From Asterias rubens (Eukaryota), in assembly GCF_902459465.1 (NCBI RefSeq), contig NC_047064.1, positions 10,565,160 to 10,629,159 on the forward strand: 64,000 bases of DNA, in the 5' to 3' direction. How positions within the stretch are numbered: position 1 is the stretch's first letter; every line of letters begins with the position of its first letter. The position numbers and the translations under genes are program-made. Under the pieces are notes generated by a model. The model searched no databases. It was not told the DNA's origin and saw only the letters and a program-made list of their open reading frames with translations. This document shows, piece after piece, positions 13,091 through 24,981 of this stretch.

Positions 13091-13654
13091 ACGTTTTATA
13101 CATCAGGATCATAACTTTGAAGATGATTCTTTGAGTGATGGGAAGCCAATGTAGATTGACTAGATGGGGACTGATGGAATCGTATTTGCACATATTTAGA
13201 ATCAATCTTGCAGCAGTCTTTTGAACATTATGAAGCCCTCTCTCAAAGTTTTTTGTTGACGCCAGTCAAGAGACTGTTGCAGTAGTCCAGTCGTGATGTA
13301 ACTAGTGTGTGCACAGCCCACTTTTTGATCTCGACAGTCAGCAGCTTTTGCGTTCACCTATTAACCAGATGTATGGTCCTCATGGAGACAACCCGAACAC
13401 GCACTGTGTTTTGGTGCCCGTGGGGGTTCAGTGGTTCAGTGTGTCTTTAAACGTGGTTGCTTATTTCAATTTCAACGATCGAAATAAGCAAATTTGTTAT
13501 ATTGGGGCCTACAACAAAATAAAACACTATGTTCTGTATATTTCAGTAGTAGGCGCTATTTTAGACCAAACTATTTTACGGAGGTTGGGTCCTGAGCTTC
13601 ACTTCACAATACATTAAGATTCATCTAAAAGACGAGTTGGTCAAAATCTCCAGC

Positions 13655-13825
13655 CGTCGATTTCACAAAGAGTTAGGACTCATCTTATCTCGAGTTAGGA
13701 CGAGTAACTCTTCCTAACTGAGGATTAATCTTAAGGTCTGCATGCTACAGTGTAGGGTTGGGACTCGTCCTAAGTCCTAAGATTAGGTCTTAAGTTAGGA
13801 CGAGTTTTGTGAAATCGACGGCAGA
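13655..13825. mobile_element. MITE family 3 copy
   Basis: Ends cgatttcacaaagagttaggactcatcttatctcgag and ttaggacgagttttgtgaaatcgacgg. Confidence 0.7.
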
Positions 13826-14567
13826 GTAATTTGTTTTCGGGCACCACATTTTGCCTTCAAATTGTGAAATAGACTAAGATTAACTCTTTTATCAAAATCT
13901 GTGTTTCTGATTGTCTGCATGCAGGCAGTTTTTTTTTAATTTGGCTTCAGAGCTGCATACAAACATTTCAGAAAAAGAAGCCCTCAAAATCAGCAATGAG
14001 TCTTTCTCTGATAACTGCTTCATTCAAACTTACAGTCTGTAATCAAATAACTGCTAAGGTTTCGTGAAATTAATTGTAAAGATTAATAATTATACTAAAA
14101 AAGGTATTCTCTTTACATCACAATATAATCATCACAATTATTTATAAAATAAAACAATCAACCTGTAATATATAAGAAATATTCAAATGGCATGTAGACT
14201 ACAGACTTTGTTTCAAGTATGTGATGATTGTTTGTTACCTGCTGACATTAGATAGATACACCCTGCTTGGGTGATAAACCCAGATTAATATCAATATTTC
14301 CTGCTTGGGCAACTTGCCCGAAATGATGGAATAATCATACTACTTGCATTTGACATACTAAAATATGACTTATGAGAAATCATATGGCTTAGGCCTTATA
14401 TGCTATTTTATTTAGCTATCTTTTCTGCTCACAGTTTCCCTTAAACGCCTCCGCACAAGACAGGTGACCTTTCGAAAAGTGTAGGCTTTTACTTCCTTGT
14501 TCGGGAAGTAATTGAGCGATGGCATTTAAAACAGTTAATTGTACTTCCCCTGCTTTGTAAAGTTTTG

Positions 14568-14946
14568 TGGTTAAAGGCACCGGACACTATTGATGATATT
14601 ACGCAAAATAATTGTAAACTTACTCGGTAACGAGCAATGGTGGAGAGCTGTTGATAGTAGAAAGCATTGTGAGAAACAACTCCCTCTAAAGTAACGTAGT
14701 TTTTTTTTAAAGAGGTAATTTCTTACTCAAGTAATAAAAGATTCTCAGTTGAAACCTTTTATTGTGCATCTTAAAACACACAAAATAATGAAACAAGGTA
14801 AGTTTTTTCTTGAATTATTCTCTTGCAAATTCGATGACCAAAATTGGCCATCATTTTCACAGGTTTGTTATCTGATGCATATGTTGAGATACACCAAGTG
14901 AGAAGACTTGTCTTTGACAATATTACCAAACGTGCCCATGCCTTTA
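14568..14946 (-). mobile_element. MITE family 1 copy (diverged)
   Basis: The ends ggttaaaggcaccggacactattg and ttgacaatattaccaaacgtgcccatgcctttaaag are family-1 terminal repeats; the internal segment aattttcacaggtttgttatctgatgcatatgttgagatacaccaagtgagaagac matches the family-1 internal sequence. Confidence 0.6.
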
Positions 14947-15366
14947 AAGCAGAATTTCACCAGTTGCGCACTCAACCTGTTCACCGTCACTGTATGACAA
15001 TGTATGAGCCACTGTGACAATAACCTTCACTTATCAGTTGCTGTCTTTCCTGTGTACAATGAGCATCGAAAATGAGTAAGGCTGAAAACAAGTAAGTATA
15101 CTGTATGTAGGCCTATGTTTAAAGCATATTTTTTATTGCATGGACGAAGGAAACAATACATCAAGCCAAGCTGAACTGCACAAACTATAGTCCTAACTCA
15201 TGGGTATTTGTAGCCCGACGTCTTTTAAGGGCTAGGGTATTAAAACCTTTATAACTAGAACTAAACGTTATCAATTGTTAAAACCAAAAATATGTTTGTT
15301 TGTTTGTTTCTTTCTTTTCCGTTAGGCAACCATATAGTGTGATTTTTGTGTGTATTTTGTTTTTCA

Positions 15367-15448
15367 GTGTGTGGAAATGGGGTGACCCTGCCGCGCCTCG
15401 CTTTCCAGAGCACCTTTATGACATAGCGAAAAGTGCTGCATTTCAGGT
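15367..15448 (+). other. Possible short exon with unclear function (candidate 5' UTR or upstream exon)
   Basis: A GC-rich 82-nt segment, bounded by gtttttcag on the left and GTATAG on the right, sits in AT-rich surroundings. Its open frame VWKWGDPAAPRFPEHLYDIAKSAAFQ has no recognised homology. Confidence 0.15.
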
Positions 15449-15946
15449 ATAGTCTTAGAATAACAGCTTGATTGAGTTGAATTGTTCTTGTCACTGTACA
15501 CTGCAGTATTTTGGCTGCTCATATTATACTTAAAATCACCAGTGCCATCGATGTGTTGTCAATAATGTATAGAAAGCATTTGTGTTTATACTGGTACCGA
15601 ACGTATGGGTCATGGCAGCCTGATAGTATTTACTTTGATATAATTGACCTCTGAACAAATATTACACTCTGTTTTCGCTTGATTGGTTTTAGTTGAGTTA
15701 TGCCACCAGTCTAAAATTTCTCAGCCTCTTGAGAATCTATCAAATATTATTTTCAGAACACTTCAACTTCAGATTCATTTCAACTTTCGGCAGGTCAGTC
15801 AATGTAGTTTTTTGCCAATGATGCATAGAGGCCTGCCCCAGTAAAAAACGACCCCGAAAATATTTATATCTTTTTTTTAAAACTAAATTGCTGCCTGTTT
15901 TTATGAGGCACTCTCGTAATTCCAAAGCAAATTATGACCAACTTTA

Positions 15947-16296
15947 AAGGCAGTGGACACTATTGGTAATTACTCAAAACAATTATTAGCATAAAACCTT
16001 ACTTGGTGACGAGTAATGGGGAGAGGTTGATGGTATAAAACGTTGTGGGAAACGGCTCCGTCTGAAGTGACGTAGTTTTTGAGAAAGAAGTAATTTTCCA
16101 AAAATTTTATTTCGAAACCTCAGGTATAGAATTTGAGGTCTCGAAATCAAGCATATTCTGAAAGCACACCACTTCGTGTGACAATAATTTGTTCTTTCAT
16201 TATTATCTCGCAACTTCGGCGGCCAATTGAGCCCAAATTTTCACAGGTTTGTGAGAAGACTGGTCTTTGAACATTACCAATAGTGTCCAGTGTCTT
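15947..16296 (-). mobile_element. MITE family 1 copy
   Basis: Left end ctttaaaggcagtggacactattggtaattactcaaaac and right end aacattaccaatagtgtccagtgtctttaa. Confidence 0.75.
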
Positions 16297-16489
16297 TAAC
16301 TCCCATAGCAACCAATGTTTTTATGCCAAATGTTCAAAAAGTATCCAAATGAATATTAAAGTCTCCCAGCCTCTTGAAAATCTATTCCGTACTCTGAATT
16401 CCGTGGTAAAACGCCAATTCATAATAATATAAGGGATTTCCCTTTATTTAATTCCATCCAGTGATATCCACTCATAAAGAAGTATACCA

Positions 16490-16720
16490 GTTCCAATTAT
16501 AAATACACTTTGCAGCCAGTCCGCAAAGGTTCCCAATTACACTCTGCGAACGGTAAATTTCCAATCCGCAAAGGTTCCCACTTCTCGGCGATTTTCCAAA
16601 GAAGGTACCAGACCATTTACAATTATTATAATTATAAATGCACTCATTGACTGGAGAAAACTCCGGGTCAATGAGGTTCCCACTTCCAGCGAGTTGCCAA
16701 GAAGGTACCAAATTAATTTA
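16490..16720. repeat. About 100-bp tandem repeat, roughly 2.3 copies
   Basis: The unit ...cgcaaaggttcccacttc...gaaggtaccagaccatttacaattattataattataaatgcactc... is repeated. Confidence 0.6.
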
Positions 16721-18131
16721 CTTCTTTATATACAATCACATCATTTTATTACCACCATATTTATCCATATCAATTCACATAAATTAATTTACCACTTCCT
16801 CACAGGCTACCATGCCTATTAGCTTCTTGATAGGAACAACCTAAACTTACCGCTTTAAGTGTAAGTTGTAAGATTATTAGTCAATTCAATCTGTATCCCG
16901 TATGCCGTAATACCCTGACCCTTCCATTAACCCCAGGGAGGGAGGGAGGGAATTTTGCGCAACTATACAATCTATCTTAACTCCTCGGTGGCAGAATATT
17001 CAATGACGGTTCCCAGAAAGACAAGCACCCTTTCCCCGAATTGCATTGCTTTGGTTGGTTGAAAAGAACAATGGAACCCCGTCTGAATGCGCCCTGACAA
17101 TCCCAGTCGCTTAGCCCCGACTGTGCAACGTGACTATAATTATGCATATTTCCCGGTGTTAAATCGGTTTACTGCGTTACGCATTAAACCCTATTATCAG
17201 AACACTTAAACTTCAGATTCGTTTCAATTTTCGGCAGGTCAGCCAATGTAGTTAGGGGCCTATACCCCAGATAAAAACGATTCCGAAAATATGCTTTTTC
17301 CTTAACTGACTTGCTGTTTATTTTTATGAGGCACTCTCCTAACTTCAAAGCAAAATATGGCAAACTTTAAAGCCTTAATTTATCAAGTTGCCTCAAAAGT
17401 TCAAACATTGAACCATGAGGCTTTGAAAGAACTTTACAATTCCACAGTTATAGTTGCGTGACCCTAAAACGTTATAATAAAAAAAAATGCGGGTTTACAC
17501 AAGAATTATAATAAGCTTGGCGCATGTTTCAAAACTTTGTCGAAGATTATTCCATGAGCCCGTACAACGCAGATGGGTGCTGATTTATAACACAAAACCA
17601 ACTTGTTCAACGTGTGAATGGTCTCCATGCAAACGACATCACAATATTACAAAACGACCATTCAACATTTCTTTGAGTATGTGTGTTTTTTTCAGTGGAG
17701 AAATTGATGCATGAATAGTACAAGGTCACTTCTCAGACTTGATTTTTTTTTTTGTCATATAGACTTCTAATTTCAATTCAACTCAAGTTAAATTTTATCA
17801 TAATTATTTCCCATATTGGTGAAAAAAAAGAATATAATAAACTAAGTACAATATTGTTAAAGTCAAAGACAGTCAAGAACATGTCAAGAAAGTAAGTAGT
17901 GAATTTTGTCTAATGAATACGGAGTAAACCAATTATGGGGGCATTTTAACATCAGCCAGAAAGGCTTGTATTGAAATGCCTGACAAATACAAAATGGAAA
18001 AAAATAACACCGGCAAAAACAAAAGCAGCAAGCAAACAACAAATAAACAAAATTGGGTGGTGAGGGGCCTGTTGCACGATATCAAAATTGTTTGCAATAA
18101 CTATAAAAGTATCGTTTGATCGGGCATTAAG

Positions 18132-18380
18132 AAAATGCGTGAATTTGAATGCGTTTTAAAATCGAATTTATTGTTGCTGGAATTGACCGAAAAAACTTAT
18201 AACGTTTTCATTTTCAAGGATCCAGCACAACCTCAGCAGGACGAAGACGTTCAGTTTAGGTTACTGGAGCTCCATGTCGTCCAGCCCGAGAAGAACTTGG
18301 GAGACGACGGAGGAAAAGATGCGTGGTCAAAATATCCGTGCAGGGTCTTCACCCATACAGGGATGCTATCGGAATTGCAG
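18132..18380 (+). CDS. PARP4: PARP4 exon (pre-regulatory region). The 5' boundary is uncertain; 18219-18380 is the core.
   Basis: The frame is open from 18120. The peptide ..LLLELTEKTYNVFIFKDPAQPQQDEDVQFRLLELHVVQP...CRVFTHTGMLSELQ resembles the vertebrate PARP4 region TVELTEFGMQNVEIP...CPFLISSHF. Donor is GTACTG at 18381. Candidate acceptors are the AG at 18130-31 or the AG at 18217-18. Confidence 0.55.
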
Positions 18381-18901
18381 GTACTGGGTTGACGCTTTAA
18401 AACTTCACAAGTGCGTTTCTTGTTCAGAGTTTAAACGAAATGTTGCATATTATGATTCATCACAAAAATACTAATCAATGCTTTTGAAAACAATAGTTCT
18501 ACGCAACGGTGTCCAAGGGAAATTTGTACTTATAACTTCCAACGGTTGGTTTGAATCTCCTTCCTAGACCCAGTAACTGGGGTGCTGTACTCCTTTGAAA
18601 CATTGGTGACATTTGAGGTTTGTACTATTACGAAATGCAGATGTCAAGTTGGTTTTTAAATGCGTACAGTGCCCAGGTTATTGGTTCTAGGTTTGACCTG
18701 AATATCCATAAGCAAACAAGGTATTGTTGTTGATTTTCATCTACAAAGGAGTATACAGTACACTGGCATCTTGAATCCATCCAACTATCAAATGTTACAA
18801 AGTCAGTTCCTTTGTATGAAATACTGATATTTCCCTTTGATATTTTCCTTCTTATTCTATTTATTAGGTACATTAATAACCATCTTTGTTTTCATTGCCA
18901 G

Positions 18902-19051
18902 GATGAGAATTGCGGCACCAAAAAGTGCCACTATGCGGAGTCCATCGATGAAGCTCTCGCAATTTACGCCAAGATTTACTCTACCTTCTCAAAGTTTCAC
19001 AAAACAAAGAAATTCCTGTCTCGATGGGTTGGATCACAAGTCTATCGCAAT
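18902..19051 (+). CDS. PARP4: PARP4 exon
   Basis: Acceptor is ttcattgccag. Translation DENCGTKKCHYAESIDEALAIYAKIYSTFSKFHKTKKFLSRWVGSQVYRN. Donor is GTAAAA. The exon is phase 0 at both ends and is collinear with human ..RRQFAIKKTSEDASEYFENYIEEL.. Confidence 0.65.
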
Positions 19052-19410
19052 GTAAAAACCTTCTTGTCTTTTTATTGAACTTTTTGAAATTGTCTTTCCC
19101 CACACTGCAAAATGATCAAACTCTTGTTATGTGACAACACTGACATGGTGTTAGTTAACTTTTTGTTTGTGAAATTAACACTGCGTGGTTGTTGTCACTT
19201 GGATTCCAAGAGAAGCAATTTAACGCTGGGGTTTTTGCAGTTCATTGTCAAAATGTAAAGACATAATGTTAACAAGATTCTCTTTAACTATAACTATGCT
19301 TTTCGATGATTTGCAACACAAAATTCCAGCTAAAAATTGCAAAAGAATCTGCCAAAAAGAACAAAAGAGTATTATAAGTTAATTTCATAGTTAGGGTTTA
19401 AACAAAGAAA

Positions 19411-19490
19411 AATTGCCCGGAGCAGGACTTGAACCAACAATCTCCTTATTGACGTAATTGCACTCTGCCAACTGAGCTGTCCAGCCCTGT
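19411..19490 (-). other. tRNA-like sequence, possibly a tRNA pseudogene or SINE head
   Basis: The reverse complement reads GGCTGGACAGCTCAGTTGGCAGAGTG...GTTGGTTCAAGTCCTGCTCCGGGCA. It has a D-arm GCTC AGTTGG.AGAG and T-loop GGTTCAAGTCC, but the acceptor and anticodon stems are imperfect. Confidence 0.35.
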
Positions 19491-19565
19491 GTTGTCTCCT
19501 TTAGTCAAAATCTCTGTTTGTGTGTGCCAGTCAGAAGCTGTATTACCATTTTGTCTCAAAAAAGG

Positions 19566-19648
19566 AGACCGCCAACACTGGGCTGGATAGCGTAGTTGGT
19601 AGAGCGCCGGTTCGTTGATCCGGAGGTTTTTGGTTCAAGTCCCGCTCC
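19566..19648 (+). other. tRNA-like sequence, an inverted partner of 19411-19490
   Basis: The sequence is GGCTGGATAGCGTAGTTGGTAGAGCGCCGGTTCGTTGATCCGGAGGTTTTTGGTTCAAGTCCCGCTCCAGTCA. The 7-bp acceptor stem pairs and the anticodon stem pairs CCGG with CCGG, but the T stem is weak. It lies head-to-head with the other copy, 75 bp away. Confidence 0.35.
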
Positions 19649-20117
19649 AGTCATTTTTCTTTTATTCGAACCCAAACTAGTAAAAACTTATATTTAATTT
19701 TGTTCTTTGTAAACTTTGTGTTACATTCAACGAAGAGTACAAACAGCATTCAGCGCATGTTATGTTTGTAGTGTGAAAAGTCGTGGTTTGGTAGTGTGAA
19801 ATAGTTGAGTCAACTCTTGAAACCAAGCCGGAATGGAAAACTCTTGTACACAAGTAGCTATGGTTGTTCATTTTCTATTAATACGCCAAAATACAAAAAT
19901 ATTTGATCCAAAGCAACGTGTTCCTTTCAGAACCCATTTGGTTTCTTTATATTATTTTTAACTCTTTATGTTAAGCCGGGGCATAGTATTTTGTCAGCAA
20001 AGGCAGGGTTTAAAACATCTTAGTCGGTTAAGTTTGCCCACAGAAATAGACCTTGGGAAAACACTTCATAATTGCTCATGTGTAATCACTTGTTCAAACA
20101 ATTTATAATTATTTAAG

Positions 20118-20258
20118 CAAGCTTTAGAGTCCGGTCTTCGAGATGGCCCTGCAATCTCAGATGAAGTTGCTCGCCTCATGGAGTACGTCTGGCGGGAGAC
20201 CATTGGTGAGCTGCAGGAGTTGCTTAAGGTTTCGTACAGGAAAATTGGACTCGGAAAA
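20118..20258 (+). CDS. PARP4: PARP4 exon
   Basis: Translation QALESGLRDGPAISDEVARLMEYVWRETIGELQELLKVSYRKIGLGK matches human QALLLEEVMNSSTLSQEVSDLVEMIWAEALGHLEHMLLKPVNRISLND. Donor is GTGAGT. Confidence 0.8.
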
Positions 20259-20704
20259 GTGAGTTTTGGCTTTACCAAAAATGTTTCTAACACCCGGTTA
20301 AGATAGGCCCTCCAGAGTCACGCGAACTATAAAGAGATGAGGAGTGATTCTAGGTCGACCCAAAACAAAAAGTTATCAGGGAGGCAAACTTAAAATGACA
20401 TTTCATAGACTTTGGCTCCTTAGAAGATATACGTCTGAAACCCAGATGCTCCAAAGACATTCCAAATGTCTTCCCTTATAGTCGATCCCTTGGTCGTTTT
20501 TTTTGAGACATCGCCAAAAAAAACCACAAGTGAATATGTTCGTGCAGGAAGAATGATCCCTGTAACAAAATAGGAATACACAATCTAAGAAGGTCTCATT
20601 CGTAACCGCATTGCTTCGAAGTGAAATGTTTCTCAAGATGCTTTGTAACATCAAACACTGTTGTTGGCGTCTATCTAATAAGCAAAGGCCTAATTCATTT
20701 TAAA

Positions 20705-21088
20705 GACACTGGACACTATTGGTAATTGTCCAAGACTAGCCTTCACAGTTGGTGTGTCTCAACATATGCATAAAATAACAAACATGTGCAAATTTGAGCT
20801 TGATTGGTGTCGGAGTTGCGAGATAACTATGAAAGAAGAAAAACAGCCTTGTTACACGAAGTTGTGTGCTTTCAGATGCTTGATTTCGAGACCTAAAATT
20901 CTAAACTTGAGCTCTCGAAATCAAATTCGTGAAAAATTACTTCTTTCTCGAATACTACGTCACTTTAGAGAGAGCCGTTTCTCACAATGTTTTATACTAT
21001 CAACCTCTCTCCATAACTCGTTACCAAGTGAGGTTTTGTGCTGATAATTATTTTGAGTAATTACCAATAGTGTCCACTGCCTTTAAAG
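20705..21088 (+). mobile_element. MITE family 1 copy (full length, TTAA on both flanks)
   Basis: Ends ttTTAAagacactggacactattggtaattgtc and gtaattaccaatagtgtccactgcctTTAAag. Confidence 0.85.
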
Positions 21089-21094
21089 CCATTA

Positions 21095-21445
21095 TACACT
21101 TTCGGTACAGAAAAAAAAGAAAAAGTTCACAGATCTACAAATAATTTACAGGGTTTACAGAAGGTAATGGTGAAAGACTTATCTTGAAATATTATTCCAT
21201 GAAATGCTTTACTTTTTGAGAAAACATGAAAACAATATCAATTCTCGATAGCGAGAATTACGGATTTATTAATGACACGGCGAAACGTGGGGAGACAAGG
21301 GTGGGTTTTCCTGTTATTTTCTCCCGACTCCGATGACCGATTGAGCCTAAATTTTCACAGGTTTGTTATTTTATATATAAGTTGTGGTACACGAAGTGTG
21401 AGCCTTGGACAATATTGTTTACTGAAAGTGTCCAATGGCTTTAAG
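21095..21445 (-). mobile_element. MITE family 1b (related subfamily; TIR AAAGCCATTGGACAC)
   Basis: Shares the internal segment caatcggtcatcggagtcgggagaaaataac...aaattttcacaggtttgttatttta with family 1 but has a distinct internal region. Other copies are at 23350-23725, 57762-58075 and a partial one at 11735-11890. Confidence 0.7.
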
Positions 21446-21497
21446 AATGATTACCAAACATACACAAAAAAACTTCCATTTAACTCAATTAATGTAG

Positions 21498-21689
21498 GTT
21501 GAAAAAGCAGAAGGTGTACTATTGCAGATCAGGAAGAATCTCGAAAAGAATTCGGAGGAGGATGATGATAATGGAGAAGAACTATTCAATCTCAACAGGG
21601 AGTTCTATGAATTAATACCTTATAGACCACGATATCAAGATTTTATAAGTCACAAACGAATAATCGCCACCAAACAAGAGCTGTGCCAG
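21498..21689 (+). CDS. PARP4: PARP4 exon (PARP regulatory helical domain)
   Basis: Translation VEKAEGVLLQIRKNLEKNSEEDDDNGEELFNLNREFYELIPYRPRYQDFISHKRIIATKQELCQ matches human VSKAEGILLLVKAALKNGETAEQLQKMMTEFYRLIPHKG...KKADLCQ. Acceptor is tag/GTT and donor is GTAAGT. Confidence 0.9.
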
Positions 21690-22077
21690 GTAAGTGTTGA
21701 AATCGTGTTTATGGTGAAATGTTCAAAACTCCCTCCGGATTGGATCTGCATAAATCTGGCTGGGAATCGTGCGGTATGTTGGCTTTGCAAAAGGGGCTGT
21801 TAGGTCAAATTCATTTTTTTAAATCCACTCTTTCGCCAGTTTGAACGGATCATGTACTTCATTTTCGAATTTGAATGAAAATCAATCAAAATGGCATGGA
21901 CCGCACCTTAGGCTTTTGAAAAGTGCAAGTTTTCATTTTTTTTGTACAAAGCAATAAATGTTGATGTCCGATGACGTCACGTTTCGCTCTCAATAAGAGT
22001 ATCAAATAAAGTAACAGTTTATAATAACAAATAAGCTTCCAGCATTGTTATGCTTTAAATATTTCCTTGTATTACAG

Positions 22078-22238
22078 TTAATCAAAGATATAGTGAATGT
22101 AAGTGAGTCAACCGACTGGTCCCAACGCAGTAGTAGTCAAGCAAGGTATCACGCCATACAGTGTTTCATTAGCTACCTACCTCCAAATCATCCAGAGTTC
22201 ATACAGATACAAGCTTTCTTAATGGAAACGAAATCAAG
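22078..22238 (+). CDS. PARP4: PARP4 exon (PARP regulatory domain)
   Basis: Translation LIKDIVNVSESTDWSQRSSSQARYHAIQCFISYLPPNHPEFIQIQAFLMETKS matches human LIRDMVNVCETNLSKPNPPSLAKYRALRCKIEHVEQNTEEFLRVRKEVLQNHHSK. Acceptor is attacag and donor is GTAGGC. Confidence 0.9.
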
Positions 22239-22394
22239 GTAGGCATGCTCCCTTGTGTTTTGGGATAAGAATGATGGGAAATTTGTATTGAAATCGCCCA
22301 TGAGGTGATCATGAATCAGGCCTCTTCGATGCTTGTTAAGGGACTCCAAAAATGTTCATTAATAGGAGAAGGCATTCACAAACGTTAAAAAGAT

Positions 22395-22692
22395 TGTTAT
22401 GTTTTCTGTGTTTGTAATTACTAAAAATAATTACGAGCATAAAAACCGAAAGTAATCTGAAGTAATGTAGTTTCGAGACCTCAGTATTAGATTTTGAGGT
22501 CTCGAAATCAAGCATCTGAAAGCACACAACTTCGTGTGACAAGGGTGTTTTTTTCTTTCATTATTATCTCCCAACTTCGACGACCAATTGAGTTCGAATT
22601 TTCACAGGTCTGTTATTTTATGCATATGTTGAGATACACCAAGTGAGAAGACTGGTCTTTGACAATTACCAATAATGTCCAGTGTCTTTAAG
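22395..22692 (-). mobile_element. MITE family 1 copy (5'-truncated)
   Basis: Ends ...gacaattaccaataatgtccagtgtctttaagg. The terminus lies 25 nt upstream of the PARP4 exon acceptor at 22716-17. Confidence 0.75.
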
Positions 22693-22717
22693 GCTGTGGT
22701 CCGTATTTGGTTTGCAG

Positions 22718-22855
22718 TGAGGAACCTCTTGATATTAAGAGAATATTTGCCGCCACTCGAGGGATTGAAGAGGCATCATTTGACGGGACCATCGAAAACA
22801 ACCAACTCCTCCTCCACGGATCAAGACCAGCCACTTTCCTCGGAATTCTCTCAAG
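22718..22855 (+). CDS. PARP4: PARP4 exon (PARP catalytic domain, His motif)
   Basis: Translation EEPLDIKRIFAATRGIEEASFDGTIENNQLLLHGSRPATFLGILS carries the canonical LLHGSR...GIL motif with the catalytic His. Acceptor is tttgcag and donor is GTAAAT. Confidence 0.9.
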
Positions 22856-23349
22856 GTAAATGTCAAGTAATAGCTATCGACAAAATTGTCAGACTTGTAG
22901 TAGGGTAGTGTGATAGGGTGGAGCGTATTTGGGAATGGATTATGCACTGACTCCCTAATCAAAGGGCAAGTGTATTCCATCATTGCTTTCACATAAAAGA
23001 GAAACAAACTCACGCAATGTTCGAATACGCGCGAAGTTTGACTGGTCGAAAATTGTCCAGTCTCCACGTGCAGCACAGAATCAGGCATTTTGTATAAAAA
23101 GTACCCTCAAATAAGAAGAAAAATCATGGCATTGTTCTCTCCGCTGGAAAACAACATGCCCCCGTTTGATGACACCTTTGGTGAACAAATCCTGGCTACA
23201 ACGAGGCCTGTAGTAATGGTTCTTGACGTTGCTAAATGTCACAATTTCAACAAAAATTGTGATTGAAATATTTCTTTAGAGATGGGATTTTCATCGTTTA
23301 GCTAATTTATTTCAAGGCATCGTGCAATGCATGCTTATGTTATACGATT

Positions 23350-23725
23350 GTGTTAAAGCCATTGGACACTTTTGGTAAACAGTGTTGTCCAAAGGCCCAC
23401 ACTTCGTGTATCACAACTTGTATATAAAATAACAAACCTGTGAAAATTTAGGCTCAATCGGTCATCGGAGTCGGGAGAAAATAACGGGGAAAACCCACCC
23501 TTGTTTCCGCACGTTTCGCCGTGTCATGACATGTGTTTAAAATAAATCCGCAATTCTCGACAACGGGAATTGAGAATTGTTTAATGTTTTCTCAAAAAGT
23601 AAAGCATTTCATGGAATTATGTTTCAAGAGAAGTCTTTCACCACGACTTTCTGTAAACCCTGTAAGTTATTTGTAAATCTGTGAACTTTTTTTTCTGTTC
23701 CGAAAGTGTATAATGGCTTTAGAGA
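23350..23725 (+). mobile_element. MITE family 1b copy
   Basis: Ends gttaaagccattggacacttttggtaaacag and ccgaaagtgtataatggctttagag. Confidence 0.7.
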
Positions 23726-23869
23726 TGACTAGTGATTCCAGTAATGATTGATTGATCAATTGATGCCATGTAACAATAGTTTTGTCTACCTATTGGTAGT
23801 TCATTAATAAGGTTTTGTTATGTCATGGGACACAGTGACACCATTTCCATGCTTGTCTTATACTTCCAG

Positions 23870-23968
23870 GGGTTTGTTGTTACCGAAGATTGTTGTTGAA
23901 GAGTACGGTGGTTCTCGTCGAGATGCCGGTCTCCTTGGTCAAGGCATTTATTTTGCCGACAGAGTAAG
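23870..23968 (+). CDS. PARP4: PARP4 exon (catalytic domain, GIYFAD Tyr)
   Basis: Translation (R)GLLLPKIVVEEYGGSRRDAGLLGQGIYFADRV matches human GLLLPKVVEDRGVQRTDVGNLGSGIYFSDSL. Acceptor is cttccag and donor is GTAGGA. The phases match both neighbouring exons. Confidence 0.9.
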
Positions 23969-24791
23969 GTAGGACTTGTATGTGAGCCTTCTTTATTTGC
24001 ATATTTTGGTTTTTGCTAACTTATTACCCATAAAGAGCTGGCTTTGTTAAGGTAGGTTTGTTTTCATATTATGTTTACCGTAGGTGAACTTGTAAAAACG
24101 CAGGGTCTTACCACAAAATAAATAGAAAAGGAATGTTTATTCGAAGTAAGTGTAAAGGCCTATATTGTTGGATTCTATGATCTTTGTAACACTTAACCTT
24201 GTACTGATATTTCAATTCAACCTTTAGAATTCAATATTTCAACATCATTTATTTCAAAGCATTTTATAGCTGCAGAGGATCAACAGCTTTTGATGAACAA
24301 GCTATAGTAAGTCCAAATTCTATGAAAAGAAACATTACAAAGGAAAACAAGTCAAAAATTCCTACTAACAAAAATCTAATTAAAAATTACCACCGGGATC
24401 CCGGCTGTGAATTTTCCCGCCAGGAATCCAGGTTCTTCCTGATGACCTAAACTAGGATCTTAGTTTGAAACCGCAATCCCTCTATCCCGGGAGGAATCCC
24501 ATATTAATTGTCTATTTTCTTTATACAGTAAGCTTAGCAATATGAAACTGGTCCAGGTGGAAAACGGAGCGGCTCTTTTGATTTGAATTTTTTCATCACA
24601 AAACACTACATCTTTTCCGATCAAGATAAGCCGTGGTAGGACCTTAATAGTCTCAGGGTCTTAGTTTAGTTAGTGTTATTGCCTCCGTGAAAAAGGGTGC
24701 AAGGAAGTTAGTTTAAACCTGTGTCATTTGTGTCACATATTGTACATTGATTTGGACATGTAAAACTCCCTTATCATCTTCCATATTGCAG

Positions 24792-24981
24792 TACGGTTCA
24801 CCAATACTCACCACCTAGTCAGCAAGCCGGTACCAGACTAATGGTGATCAACAAGGTTGCCTTGGGAAACGTCAAGGAGCTGTACAAGTTTGATATGACT
24901 CTAAATCAGGCACCAGAGGGGCACCATAGTACCCATGGGGTCAGCAGTCGTTCTGCACACCCAATAGAGTCCGAGTTTGAG
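24792..24981 (+). CDS. PARP4: PARP4 exon (catalytic domain)
   Basis: Translation (S)TVHQYSPPSQQAGTRLMVINKVALGNVKELYKFDMTLNQAPEGHHSTHGVSSRSAHPIESEFE matches human STSIKYSHPGETDGTRLLLICDVALGK...APPGYDSVHGVSQTASVTTDFE. Donor is GTACAT. Confidence 0.9.

Noticed and set aside
17487-17714. 75-aa plus-strand ORF just upstream of PARP4, considered as a possible BRCT exon
   Set aside because: It has no BRCT motif (no conserved W..., GxxxS or F pattern) and no similarity to the PARP4 N-terminus. It ends at an in-frame stop right after a candidate acceptor.
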